From a virus (lineage: Duplodnaviria > Caudoviricetes): a stretch of 64,000 nucleotides of DNA. The notes beneath the pieces are model-generated. The model had not been told where the DNA came from and searched no databases. It was given only the letters and a program-made list of their open reading frames with translations. The stretch lies in IMG/VR virus record IMGVR_UViG_3300028392_002123; one strand, 5' to 3'. Positions 44,031 through 52,973 of the stretch are shown in pieces (position 1 is the first letter of the stretch; every line of letters starts with the position of its first letter). The position numbers and the translations under genes are program-made.

Positions 44031-44675
44031 TTACTTGACAAAATTTACTTCTATTTTTTGTTTTGGAAAAGTGATGTAGTTGAAGTTTTCATTGACTTGA
44101 TGCTGTGTGCGTTGTTTGTTTGGATCAGGAAATCCAATACCCAGTAACAATAGCACTCCGCCTTCAGTGCCCAGAACTTTTTGTACTTTTGGGCCGTCGA
44201 AACAACCGCAGTAGCCAGTGGAATAGCCTAGCAAGTTCGCTGTAAGGTTCAAGTATCCAGATGCAATGCCCAAGGAGACTTCTCTGTCATTGTACAAAGC
44301 GTCGGGCACTCTTTCGTTGTCTTTTTCTAACCATGCCATTTGATCATTGCGATGTACACCTTCGTGTAAAACTGGTGTGACCATTTGATCTTCAAAAACC
44401 ACTAACAAATTTGCCAATGTTTGTGTGTTTGTTTCGACAATATTTTTTTCCCTGTTAACTGTAAATCCATTGGTTAACCCATGTATAGTTTCAATGATAT
44501 TTCTGTTAGTTATGAAATGACACTTATAGTAAGCTACGTTTTGTTTACTGGGACATTGTGTAACTGCTGATACTAGTGTATCTAGATCTGCTTGCGGAAT
44601 AGACTTAGTCAAATCCCAATTACGTTGGCAATGTTGACTTTTTTCAATTATGGTTTCGATGTCATTGTTTGTCAT
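44031..44675 (-). CDS. Nitroreductase family protein
   Basis: CQRNWD, CPSKQN, ANLLGYSTGYCGCF, LLLGIGF. Confidence 0.8.
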   Translation of the reverse strand: MTNNDIETIIEKSQHCQRNWDLTKSIPQADLDTLVSAVTQCPSKQNVAYYKCHFITNRNIIETIHGLTNGFTVNREKNIVETNTQTLANLLVVFEDQMVTPVLHEGVHRNDQMAWLEKDNERVPDALYNDREVSLGIASGYLNLTANLLGYSTGYCGCFDGPKVQKVLGTEGGVLLLLGIGFPDPNKQRTQHQVNENFNYITFPKQKIEVNFVK

Positions 44676-44686
44676 TGTATCTCCTA

Positions 44687-45604
44687 TTAACTAATATCTA
44701 ATTTGTTATTTACAATGAAGGACATCAAAGATTTATTAGATCTCAGCACCGTATTAGTCATCGATGATTCGGTGGATCCCACCGGCATCAGTCCTAGATT
44801 AAATACAGTTTCTTTAAATTCTTTATTTTTAAAAACACTGATTGCATCACTGACAATTTTTTCTTTCATTGATTTACTCATTGATTTGGCTACCACTAAG
44901 CAAATATAACTTTGGTAAGGAAAAGATTCTTTAAAATATTTGTCCCACGTAAGTATGTTATCTCCCATGTCGTGGCTGGCAAATAATATACTAACACGGC
45001 TGTCTCCGATAAAAGGTTTGACACTTGAATAGTTGCCAAATGTACAGTCTACTTGCCCTGCTAGAACATCCATGGCGCCTTTATTACCTCCACTGGGATA
45101 AGGAACGATAATGTGTTTTCCCTGAGCACGTACAAACAATGCTTCAGTGGCAATATGTTCTGAGCTACCATAGCCGTTGACTGCAAAACTTAGAGATTTT
45201 TTTGTGTTTAAAAACTCGTTGAACGTTGTGATACCCAGACCAGCTCTGCAAGCTAACAAATTAGGAAGTACAGCCACTGTTCCTAAAATTTCTAAATCTC
45301 GTTCAGTGTCGTATTCTAAGTCTTTATAATTTAAAGTGTTAGTGACATAAATCTGTGGCATAGTGGCCATGAGCACACTTTCACCTTTGAGTACTTGTTT
45401 CATTGCCAGTCTGCCGGCCGCACCCGGACGATTCATAACAATATAATCTTCTATTGAGAGATTCTTGACTATCAGTCTAGTAATTCTATCACTGGGACCG
45501 CCAGGAGCATGATGCACAGTATACTCAATAATCGATGCAGGCTTTGCACAGACAGAGAAAATTACCAGTGATATCACTAGTAAAAATTTAATTGTATTCT
45601 TCAT
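44687..45604 (-). CDS. Bug/TctC tripartite tricarboxylate transporter substrate-binding protein
   Basis: Signal peptide; APGGPSDRITR, NRPGAAG, GYGSSEH, VPYPSGG, DVLAGQVD. Confidence 0.85.
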   Translation of the reverse strand: MKNTIKFLLVISLVIFSVCAKPASIIEYTVHHAPGGPSDRITRLIVKNLSIEDYIVMNRPGAAGRLAMKQVLKGESVLMATMPQIYVTNTLNYKDLEYDTERDLEILGTVAVLPNLLACRAGLGITTFNEFLNTKKSLSFAVNGYGSSEHIATEALFVRAQGKHIIVPYPSGGNKGAMDVLAGQVDCTFGNYSSVKPFIGDSRVSILFASHDMGDNILTWDKYFKESFPYQSYICLVVAKSMSKSMKEKIVSDAISVFKNKEFKETVFNLGLMPVGSTESSMTNTVLRSNKSLMSFIVNNKLDIS

Positions 45605-45627
45605 ATATCTACTTATAAGCCAAGGCC

Positions 45628-46788
45628 TTAAGTTGCATACTGCGGCAACAGGCCTGGTATTGGACCTAAGTCATAAAACTTATGGAAATGTTTTAAACCA
45701 TCCCCGCTGTCATTGACAAAATCAGACAAGGTAGTATTGACATATTCAATGCCCTCTCTCCAAATATTAACAGCCTTTGTGTGGGAGTATCCGTCTTTGA
45801 ACCATAAATCGAATTCACTGTACCAGTCTGATGTAGATTTATCTGCTTGCCACCAATTGGTATCCCATGTTGAATATATCACACTTCTTAGCACTCGTTC
45901 GTGAATCAAACGAACTTTTTCATGTGTGATGTTGGGTGCATACCAGTGTTCTTGCATGTGAGGATTGGCCGCCAAATATTTTTTAATTACATGCCCCTGC
46001 TTTATCAATAAAGGAACACAGTCGGGGCTCCAATAAAAGAATTCAGCCATGGCATTTGGATATTCTCTAAAATGCTCAGCTACTGTATTTTGATTAGCGG
46101 CACGATCTACAAAGCGCATCAATAGTTTACCATCGGCAATGGCTACCCTGGGTTTTTCAATGCCGATTATCATGCATATCTTTTTATCTTTATCGAATTG
46201 TTTTCTCACGTCTGCTAGAGCCAGATAATTGAAACGTGTGGCACCTGCAGGATTTATACCTTCGCGTTTGGTAAGAACCCAACTAGCATCTCCAGTGCCT
46301 TCCATAAAATCAAATAAATGATCACTTAGGTCAGCCACAGTAATTTTTGTTTTAGGTATCAGCGGTGCAATCTCTTTTAACCTAGGCATAGTCTGCAGAT
46401 AGTGTTCTGCACCAGCGTTTTTTGCATCCATGTTTGCAGGATTTAAATCGATGAACTGTTTACTGGCTTTTTCAAAATGATTAACAACTATTTCATCTAC
46501 GTGCAGGCCTTGACGCACAAAGCTCATTAGAATATTGTTACTGTCTGCTCCGCCACTATAACTTATCATAACATAGTCATATCGTTCTCGTAGCTGTCGA
46601 GCTCGTCGATTATATAGTTCATCCAATGATTCTTCGGGCTCAACAGCCCAGTTATAAGAATCGAATACTCTGTCATTAAAAATCCAATTAACTGGTTTAT
46701 TAACTTGAGTACTATGTAGACATGCTAAAATTTTTGAAGTGAATTCTTTGCCATCGCAGACATAGAATCCTAACTCTCTGTTGATCAT
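45628..46788 (-). CDS. PP-loop superfamily protein
   Basis: ISYSGGADSNN, IGIEKP, EFFYWSPD. Confidence 0.65.
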   Translation of the reverse strand: MINRELGFYVCDGKEFTSKILACLHSTQVNKPVNWIFNDRVFDSYNWAVEPEESLDELYNRRARQLRERYDYVMISYSGGADSNNILMSFVRQGLHVDEIVVNHFEKASKQFIDLNPANMDAKNAGAEHYLQTMPRLKEIAPLIPKTKITVADLSDHLFDFMEGTGDASWVLTKREGINPAGATRFNYLALADVRKQFDKDKKICMIIGIEKPRVAIADGKLLMRFVDRAANQNTVAEHFREYPNAMAEFFYWSPDCVPLLIKQGHVIKKYLAANPHMQEHWYAPNITHEKVRLIHERVLRSVIYSTWDTNWWQADKSTSDWYSEFDLWFKDGYSHTKAVNIWREGIEYVNTTLSDFVNDSGDGLKHFHKFYDLGPIPGLLPQYAT

Positions 46789-46834
46789 TGATTGTTCTCG
46801 GTAAATATTTTGCTACAATATTTAGTGAGCTATA

Positions 46835-47773
46835 ATGAAATCTGGATTTGAAAATAACAAGTTTTACGTCGAATATACCAGCCCTGGCCGGAAGATTGGT
46901 AATATGCGCGAAGAGCTTGATCTAGCGGTTAAAACAATTTCCGATTCTAGTGGCGACAAGTTACTGTTAGGTCTTAGCAGTGGCTTGGACAGTCAAGTAA
47001 TACTACACAGTCTACACGAACAAGGTTTGCCATATACCTGTGCATTTTTATACATGCCAGGATACAATGATCATGAATACAACAATGTAAAAGTTTTGGA
47101 AAAGAAATATGGTTTCAATGCATTGATAGCTGAAATCGATCCTGCCAAAGAAAAAGATGAAGTATTAGACCAAGCCTATTCTCAGCACATACTTCCCAAT
47201 CATTTCATGCATAAAAAGTTTTTATCATTGTTGCCCGCGGACATGGATTACTTGAACGGTATCGAAGGACCCGACATTGTGATGAATGAAGAATCTGGTA
47301 AAAGATATATCATGGAGGCCCATTGGAATTTTGAAAATACTAGACTAAGAACATTGCGTAGCTTAGATAGGTCAGGCAAAGTATTAAACATTGATCGTAA
47401 CGAAACCAGTGAAGCGTTCTTACTCAGTATAATCAACGATGCTGTATTCAGAGGTTATATCAACAGTATTCGTTATATTTTACACAATGACCTTGTTGAC
47501 GGATCAGGTAAAAAGCCGGGCATTATATTCAACTACAATTATTATATCAAACCCATCATCATGGGAAGATACTGGGGTCATGAGCTATTGTATTTCCCAA
47601 AATCTATGGGCGTGGAAAAAATAGATTGGATTATGAACTGTCCCATTAAAAGTACATATAGTCGAGATGTTGTTCACACTGAATATTATACTCTGAGAAA
47701 ATTCTTGTTACAAGATAAAGTAGATGTACTGAGAATGGAAGACAAATTGCCTACATCAGAGGCCCACAGTTAA
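46835..47773 (+). CDS. PP-loop superfamily protein (paralogue of 36732)
   Basis: LGLSSGLDSQ, YYIKPI, YFPK. Confidence 0.62.
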   Translation: MKSGFENNKFYVEYTSPGRKIGNMREELDLAVKTISDSSGDKLLLGLSSGLDSQVILHSLHEQGLPYTCAFLYMPGYNDHEYNNVKVLEKKYGFNALIAEIDPAKEKDEVLDQAYSQHILPNHFMHKKFLSLLPADMDYLNGIEGPDIVMNEESGKRYIMEAHWNFENTRLRTLRSLDRSGKVLNIDRNETSEAFLLSIINDAVFRGYINSIRYILHNDLVDGSGKKPGIIFNYNYYIKPIIMGRYWGHELLYFPKSMGVEKIDWIMNCPIKSTYSRDVVHTEYYTLRKFLLQDKVDVLRMEDKLPTSEAHS

Positions 47774-48688
47774 TTCTTCTACAATCTGTTTAACTGGTTT
47801 AATACTAGTAATATGATCTATTGCACCACCAGCAAAGACGTGTCCTTCGTTGGGACTTTGAATACCTTTTGCTAGTCCGTATGTATTATTTTCTATGTCA
47901 AGAGCAGTTTTACTAAACAAAAAACCACTTTGGTTTGCTGTTCCTATTTTTACAGTTTCCGAGTAGGATGATTCTAACATTTTCTTTTTAGTTTCCAGCG
48001 ACACAACTGATTCTTCCGACACCGCAAAAACTGTGCCGAGACTGACAATATTCGCACCTGCAGAAAGATGTTCTTTTATTCCCTGACTGTCATATATTCC
48101 GCCTTGTGCTATAATAATCCAATTTGGTTTTAACAAACGTAAAGCACGTATAGCTTCTACTAGATCAAATGTTGTCGAAGAAACTCTACCTGCACCTTTA
48201 TCACCTTTGAGTATGATACCATCTAAGGAATTCATAACATTTGAATTTTTATTCAAATGTTCGATCACAGTTTCAAATGAAAGGAATTTACCTAGTACCT
48301 TAGTTCCATTTTCTTGAACTTGTTTTAATAATCTAGGAAAACGTGGATCTGTGACAAAGTAGTTGTCAAACATTTCTATGTACGCTGGCTTTAACTCTAA
48401 GATAATTTTAAATGTTTCTGTGGAATCAGTGAAAATAGGTGTGTTAAGTCCTAGTATAAAATCCGAATCACCTACTTTGTTTATATAGTATGTTAGATGT
48501 TCTCTTAGAACTTTTGGATCGTATATAAAAGTAGATCCTGTTTGAACAGTATGATTAAATGTAACAAAACTGGGATAACATCCTGTTTCTTTGACTGCCA
48601 GTGCCAACTTGACGTTGGACACAGTGGTCATCCCGGAACAGATAATGGGATACTTAGAATTAAAATTATTTTGATGATCTGTGTACAT
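47756..48688 (-). CDS. Nitronate monooxygenase / FabK-like FMN oxidoreductase
   Basis: PIICSGM, GAGRVS, IAQGGIYD, GANIVSLGTVF, GHVFAG. Confidence 0.78.
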   Translation of the reverse strand: MYTDHQNNFNSKYPIICSGMTTVSNVKLALAVKETGCYPSFVTFNHTVQTGSTFIYDPKVLREHLTYYINKVGDSDFILGLNTPIFTDSTETFKIILELKPAYIEMFDNYFVTDPRFPRLLKQVQENGTKVLGKFLSFETVIEHLNKNSNVMNSLDGIILKGDKGAGRVSSTTFDLVEAIRALRLLKPNWIIIAQGGIYDSQGIKEHLSAGANIVSLGTVFAVSEESVVSLETKKKMLESSYSETVKIGTANQSGFLFSKTALDIENNTYGLAKGIQSPNEGHVFAGGAIDHITSIKPVKQIVEELTVGL

Positions 48689-48724
48689 ATGAAAATATTT
48701 ATAGCACACTATCATCTATAATAT

Positions 48725-48801
<77 letters not shown>

Positions 48802-48809
48802 ATTTAAAT

Positions 48810-49019
48810 TTATTTGTTAGGTCTAATCTTTAAGAGATAGTCTCGGCCAACATGGCCTTCTTCGACTTCTCTTAGAGCTGTAACTGTTTTACTAGGACTA
48901 GGTTTAACCATTGGTGTTGCACCGGCGTACAATTCTCTAACTCGTAACGAAGCTACTAGAACTAAATCAAATCTATTTCCAATTTGCTCGACTGCTTTTT
49001 CACTTGTAATTCTTGCCAT
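48810..49019 (-). CDS. rpoZ: RNA polymerase omega subunit homologue
   Basis: [30 protein letters not shown]...TALREVEEG. Confidence 0.9.
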   Translation of the reverse strand: MARITSEKAVEQIGNRFDLVLVASLRVRELYAGATPMVKPSPSKTVTALREVEEGHVGRDYLLKIRPNK

Positions 49020-49038
49020 GATAAACCTTATTAAAAAA

Positions 49039-49298
49039 ATGCTCTGGCATCCCTCGGCGGTAATTATAGTGTATCAGAAATTTCGTCAAGTTGCCCCAAC
49101 TAGTCTATTCATCACCTCCACCTCCACCCGCTTCCCGACAGGAACCGTTCTCGTATTGCCAACGCCGGTTAGGTTGAACCGCACATACATCCATGTTCTA
49201 TCATGGCCTCTGTGTGAAACTTTTCGTTTCAGAACCACCCGTGTGTGTCATCACACTTCTCATCGTCTGGGTCAGACTATCCAGTGACGCTGGAACGT
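49039..49298 (-). ncRNA. Candidate ~260-nt structured RNA between tRNA-Ser and rpoZ
   Basis: Closing helix GTTC-CA-GCGTC/GATGC-CA-GAGC; internal TCTG/CAGA, GTGTG/CACAC and TGAAAC/GTTTCA hairpins. Confidence 0.55.
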
Positions 49299-49300
49299 TT

Positions 49301-49388
49301 TGGCGGAGCATGTAGGAATCGAACCTACTCACCCATTGCTGAATGACAGATTAGCAATCTGTTGCCTTAACCGGTCGGCCAATGCTCC
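49301..49388 (-). tRNA. tRNA-Ser (GCT)
   Basis: Class II cloverleaf; ACAGA-TT GCT AA-TCTGT; CCA. Confidence 0.93.
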
Positions 49389-49395
49389 TTAAACT

Positions 49396-49479
49396 TGGTG
49401 CGAGAGGCGGGACTCGAACCCGCATGCCTTTCGACGGGAGATTTTAAGTCTCCTGAGTATACCATTTCTCCACTCTCGC
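49396..49479 (-). tRNA. tRNA-Leu (TAA)
   Basis: Class II cloverleaf; GGAGA-CT TAA AA-TCTCC; CCA. Confidence 0.93.
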
Positions 49480-49546
49480 AATAAAACTATTATAACAGGT
49501 TATTTATATGTTGTCTACTTCTTTTTTTATTTAATTTAAAATAATT

Positions 49547-49624
49547 TGGTGGGCCCCCGGAGAGTCGAACTCCGCACCAATGGATTATGAGTCCACTGCT
49601 CTAACCAACATGAGCTAGAGGCCC
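49547..49624 (-). tRNA. tRNA-Ile2 (CAT, lysidine-type)
   Basis: Cloverleaf; GTGGA-CT CAT AA-TCCAT; GGGCCTC acceptor resembles bacterial Ile2; CCA. Confidence 0.8.
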
Positions 49625-49631
49625 GTAACTT

Positions 49632-50018
49632 TTATGCTACGAGATTTGCAATCATTTTATAATGATTCCAAGCTTCTCGCACACTTTCATTATCTGTAAC
49701 AGGACTTGGTGCAATGTCATACCAAGTGTCTACTAGTCGATGATTCCTTATCCATTTGTCTGCACCAACAGCCCTGGGTTGATGTAATTTTCCATCATTG
49801 AAAAGATTAGTGGCCAACGCTTTGGCATCTTCAATGCTGTGATCACTAAAGTCATATGTCGAATAAGGCGGATTGTAATAGTACTCAAAGACTACATCCA
49901 TTAACCTATCCACAGTAGGACACATTGTATTACTTACAATGAAAAGCACTTCATCATAAGAAACATCTTTGTCTAAAATGCTTTTAATGCATTTACCTAA
50001 GCTAGTTCCGATTTTCAT
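49632..50018 (-). CDS. Hypothetical phage protein
   Basis: 128 aa ORF in minus-strand block. Confidence 0.7.
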   Translation of the reverse strand: MKIGTSLGKCIKSILDKDVSYDEVLFIVSNTMCPTVDRLMDVVFEYYYNPPYSTYDFSDHSIEDAKALATNLFNDGKLHQPRAVGADKWIRNHRLVDTWYDIAPSPVTDNESVREAWNHYKMIANLVA

Positions 50019-50194
50019 TTGTATTTGTATGTTTTAGTGTCAACAAGAATAACCACGCCTGCAAATAAAAACATGCAACCGTGTGCGGTGTTTCCAATAA
50101 GCAAAGAGTTGATTCCAGAAATAATATTAAGTCCGCTTATTGTATAACCGATTGATTTACGATTATTGTTAAACCATTCGAAAAATTTACTCAT
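50015..50194 (-). CDS. Small membrane protein (59 aa)
   Basis: Manual translation MSKFFEWFNNNRK...; ATGA overlaps at both ends. Confidence 0.55.
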   Translation of the reverse strand: MSKFFEWFNNNRKSIGYTISGLNIISGINSLLIGNTAHGCMFLFAGVVILVDTKTYKYK

Positions 50195-50379
50195 TCGATT
50201 TCCTTTTCTAATTCATGCGATTGAAGTACCATGTCCACCATACTGCTATGGCAAGTAGGACAAAACGCCACTGGTAGTATACCAAAGTAACCTAGTACGC
50301 CGCCTTCGTCTTCGGTAAATTCACAACTGCATACATTACATTTATGCACGTCACCCACATGATCAAAGCCCTTAATCAT
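50191..50379 (-). CDS. Small zinc-finger protein
   Basis: CNVC...CPTC. Confidence 0.6.
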   Translation of the reverse strand: MIKGFDHVGDVHKCNVCSCEFTEDEGGVLGYFGILPVAFCPTCHSSMVDMVLQSHELEKEIE

Positions 50380-50699
50380 ACTGATACTCCGAACTCTGCT
50401 TCCAGTTCTTCATCACTGTAAAAGAATCCCTGGCCACGATCATATTTGTTCATAGACAATTGGTCAAATGTTTCTCCGTCATAAAACTTCTTAATTACCA
50501 TTCGCCATCGTTCTTCGGGATAATCGACAAGTTCAAATTCATCAATCCGGCCGTAGCCATCGTAGGTACCTGTAATGCGATCTCCGTTTTTAAACAGTAC
50601 TACCACCTTGCTGGCAAACGCCCATGATGTATTTACAACTGCGGTATCGGCCATCACCGGCTTGTCTGATTTAGCGCAACGCCAACTAAAAAATCCCAT
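50376..50699 (-). CDS. Hypothetical phage protein
   Basis: MGFFSW, GTYDGYG. Confidence 0.7.
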   Translation of the reverse strand: MGFFSWRCAKSDKPVMADTAVVNTSWAFASKVVVLFKNGDRITGTYDGYGRIDEFELVDYPEERWRMVIKKFYDGETFDQLSMNKYDRGQGFFYSDEELEAEFGVSV

Positions 50700-50836
50700 T
50701 ACTTAACTCCTAAATATTTTTCAAGATACTGCAATTATAAAGATAATAACTGCCGCGATTGGATGTCCTAAGATTAAAGCCATCATTGCAAGAATAGTAC
50801 TATAGAAGGCTTTATCATCTGACATGTTTTACTCAC

Positions 50837-51232
50837 TTATAACAAAATAGGTTCATGAACAGGAGTACCCTTAAGAATCAGCATAACTTCATCCTCTTGA
50901 GAAAATACCAGTTTATACTTTTCTAAAATTGTTCTACGAGCTGTATCATCGGCCTTGGTCCACGCCTTAACTCGTTCATAGGAGCCATAACACTCTGCTG
51001 GCACATGATCATTTATCCAACCTGCCAAAGCCTTAAATGCTCGAACAGTATTACTAGGATGACTACTTGCCATGGCTCCTAGGAAATCATTGGCCAAGAC
51101 AGCAGTAAAACAGCTACCTGGAGACCATCCAAAAATCAAGTAGTTATACATGGGATGGGCAAACTCTTTGTCCACTTCCCATTCGGCAAATGTATGCAGA
51201 ATTCGATTTCGACTATGTTCTGAGATTTTCAT
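50837..51232 (-). CDS. Hypothetical phage protein
   Basis: 131 aa ORF; PGSCFTAVLANDF. Confidence 0.7.
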   Translation of the reverse strand: MKISEHSRNRILHTFAEWEVDKEFAHPMYNYLIFGWSPGSCFTAVLANDFLGAMASSHPSNTVRAFKALAGWINDHVPAECYGSYERVKAWTKADDTARRTILEKYKLVFSQEDEVMLILKGTPVHEPILL

Positions 51233-51426
51233 TTAACTAGATTTTCTTTTATACTAAATTCATAGCCGCCCATGCTACCTGCATAAGTTCCTTGTTTGTA
51301 TATCAGCTTGATCCTTACGGTGTTGACTGCTACATCCATAAAAGATTTTTCTTTAAAACTTAACACATGACATTGTACTTTCTTTCCGTTGTCTGTGCAA
51401 GTAAGAGTAAGTTCTTTATCAATCAT
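51229..51426 (-). CDS. Hypothetical protein
   Basis: Coupled small ORF. Confidence 0.6.
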   Translation of the reverse strand: MIDKELTLTCTDNGKKVQCHVLSFKEKSFMDVAVNTVRIKLIYKQGTYAGSMGGYEFSIKENLVK

Positions 51427-51886
51427 TTTCGTCCTCGTTTTCCCAAGATTCTTGATTGTCTGCTACACCAAATGCATCATCGATCTCTTCGGGAATCTGT
51501 TCTCTTGTTTCTGCAGATGTGGCCGGAATTTCGTAGCAGTCGTCGACACCATCGATAAACCTACCACAAAAATTTGCTCCAGGTTCATAGTACATTGCAT
51601 CTACCTTGATGCCTTGTTCTTGGGCAGATTCGTATGCAGAAATAGGCGGACTCCATGCACTATTAAAATAGAAACTAATCCACTCATCACCTTCTTCCCG
51701 AACTTCTGCATTTACTTCCCACTTTGTACCCCAGTTGGCTACATTCCAATCGTACCAGTTATCTTCCTCTGAAGCAGGCCGGGGAGCCAGGACACCCAGT
51801 ATGTTACCATCAGGTGCATCTTTAAGTTTTTTAATCTGTTCTTTGCTACCATAAAATGTAGCAACATTATCACACCAATTTGGCAT
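51419..51886 (-). CDS. Api92/YubB ferredoxin-like domain protein
   Basis: MPNWCDN, WYDWNVANWGTKW, FNSAWSPP, YYEPG. Confidence 0.75.
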   Translation of the reverse strand: MPNWCDNVATFYGSKEQIKKLKDAPDGNILGVLAPRPASEEDNWYDWNVANWGTKWEVNAEVREEGDEWISFYFNSAWSPPISAYESAQEQGIKVDAMYYEPGANFCGRFIDGVDDCYEIPATSAETREQIPEEIDDAFGVADNQESWENEDEND

Positions 51887-51895
51887 ATCGATTCC

Positions 51896-52561
51896 TCAAA
51901 CTCTTTTAACACGGGTCAGCCAAGTTTCTTTGGCACCAGTGCGATTGTTAATTTCTTGTTTCTTAACAGCGCCTTTGACACGAATTTTTTCTCCCACAGG
52001 AAAAACGCTGGCATCGTGCGCTGTGGTAAATTTGATAACATTCATTCCGTCTGTTGCAGTATTGATATAGATATTATAGTTTCTACTGTAAATACTGTCA
52101 ATAAGTTCGACTGCCAATTCCTGTTTACTGCCAACAGCACCGATATATTCGCTGGTTGATGCCAGCGTCTGTTGCTTTTCGGTTTTAGCTTCTTTGATTA
52201 GATCTTTACGATATGTTTTTGGCAATGCGGCCATGCAGGCCACATCAAATTTTGACACTTCTTCTTTGGCCACAATATTAGCAATGGTATCCAAGAAACC
52301 ATTTTGTGTTCCGCCAGTAAGGGTTCGGAAAAGCAGGCCTTTAAAATGTTCGGCTAACTTAGCGCCAAATTCTTTGTCTTCTGGTTGAATCAATTCGGGT
52401 TCAGCCAAAAGCTGGTAGGCAATAACTTTGTTAAAAGTAAATTGAGTTGAAGAATATGAGTTTTGATTGTAATATTCTTGCAGATTGACTCGATCTGCAC
52501 CACAGACAGCGGCCCAGGCAAGTTCAATGGGATATGTGGTTTGTTTAAGATTGGAAGGCAT
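51896..52561 (-). CDS. Hypothetical protein with possible C-terminal OB fold
   Basis: VKGAVKK...ETWLTRVK; promoter at 52596-52624. Confidence 0.6.
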   Translation of the reverse strand: MPSNLKQTTYPIELAWAAVCGADRVNLQEYYNQNSYSSTQFTFNKVIAYQLLAEPELIQPEDKEFGAKLAEHFKGLLFRTLTGGTQNGFLDTIANIVAKEEVSKFDVACMAALPKTYRKDLIKEAKTEKQQTLASTSEYIGAVGSKQELAVELIDSIYSRNYNIYINTATDGMNVIKFTTAHDASVFPVGEKIRVKGAVKKQEINNRTGAKETWLTRVKRV

Positions 52562-52595
52562 TAAAAAATCCCCGCTTGTTAACTACAGTACAAGT

Positions 52596-52624
52596 ATTAT
52601 AGCACGACGGGGATTTTCTGTCAA
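52596..52624 (-). promoter_or_regulatory. sigma70 early promoter
   Basis: TTGACA-17-TATAAT. Confidence 0.75.
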
Positions 52625-52639
52625 TTATTGACTATTTTA

Positions 52640-52945
52640 TCAAACTGTAGCAGTTGTCTGCACCATAGTGATACCATTAGCGGCATTGTATGCGTTGCGA
52701 GACTCGCGTTGTGCTACGATGACTGGATCATTGCTGAATGTGTTAAATTCAGCTTCAGATATCCATGTCCATACAATGTTCAATGATAAGCCGTCTGGGC
52801 TAACTTCTGTTACAATATCACTGATTTTACCAGTATTTTTATAAGTCTCTAGTACGTGTTGAACATAAGCGTCTGGAACAACAGACATATGAAACACTAC
52901 AAAAGCATCTGGTCTTGTAAATACATTTTTAACTTGAAAGCTCAT
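52640..52945 (-). CDS. Small hypothetical protein downstream of PP-loop module
   Basis: 101 aa; TAAATA upstream and AAGGGG SD. Confidence 0.65.
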   Translation of the reverse strand: MSFQVKNVFTRPDAFVVFHMSVVPDAYVQHVLETYKNTGKISDIVTEVSPDGLSLNIVWTWISEAEFNTFSNDPVIVAQRESRNAYNAANGITMVQTTATV

Positions 52946-52973
52946 TTTATTTCCCCTTAAGGTCTAAGTACAA

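Noticed and set aside
49018-49287. 89-aa + strand ORF
   Set aside because: It is antisense to the tRNA operon, has atypical composition and coincides with the structured RNA candidate.
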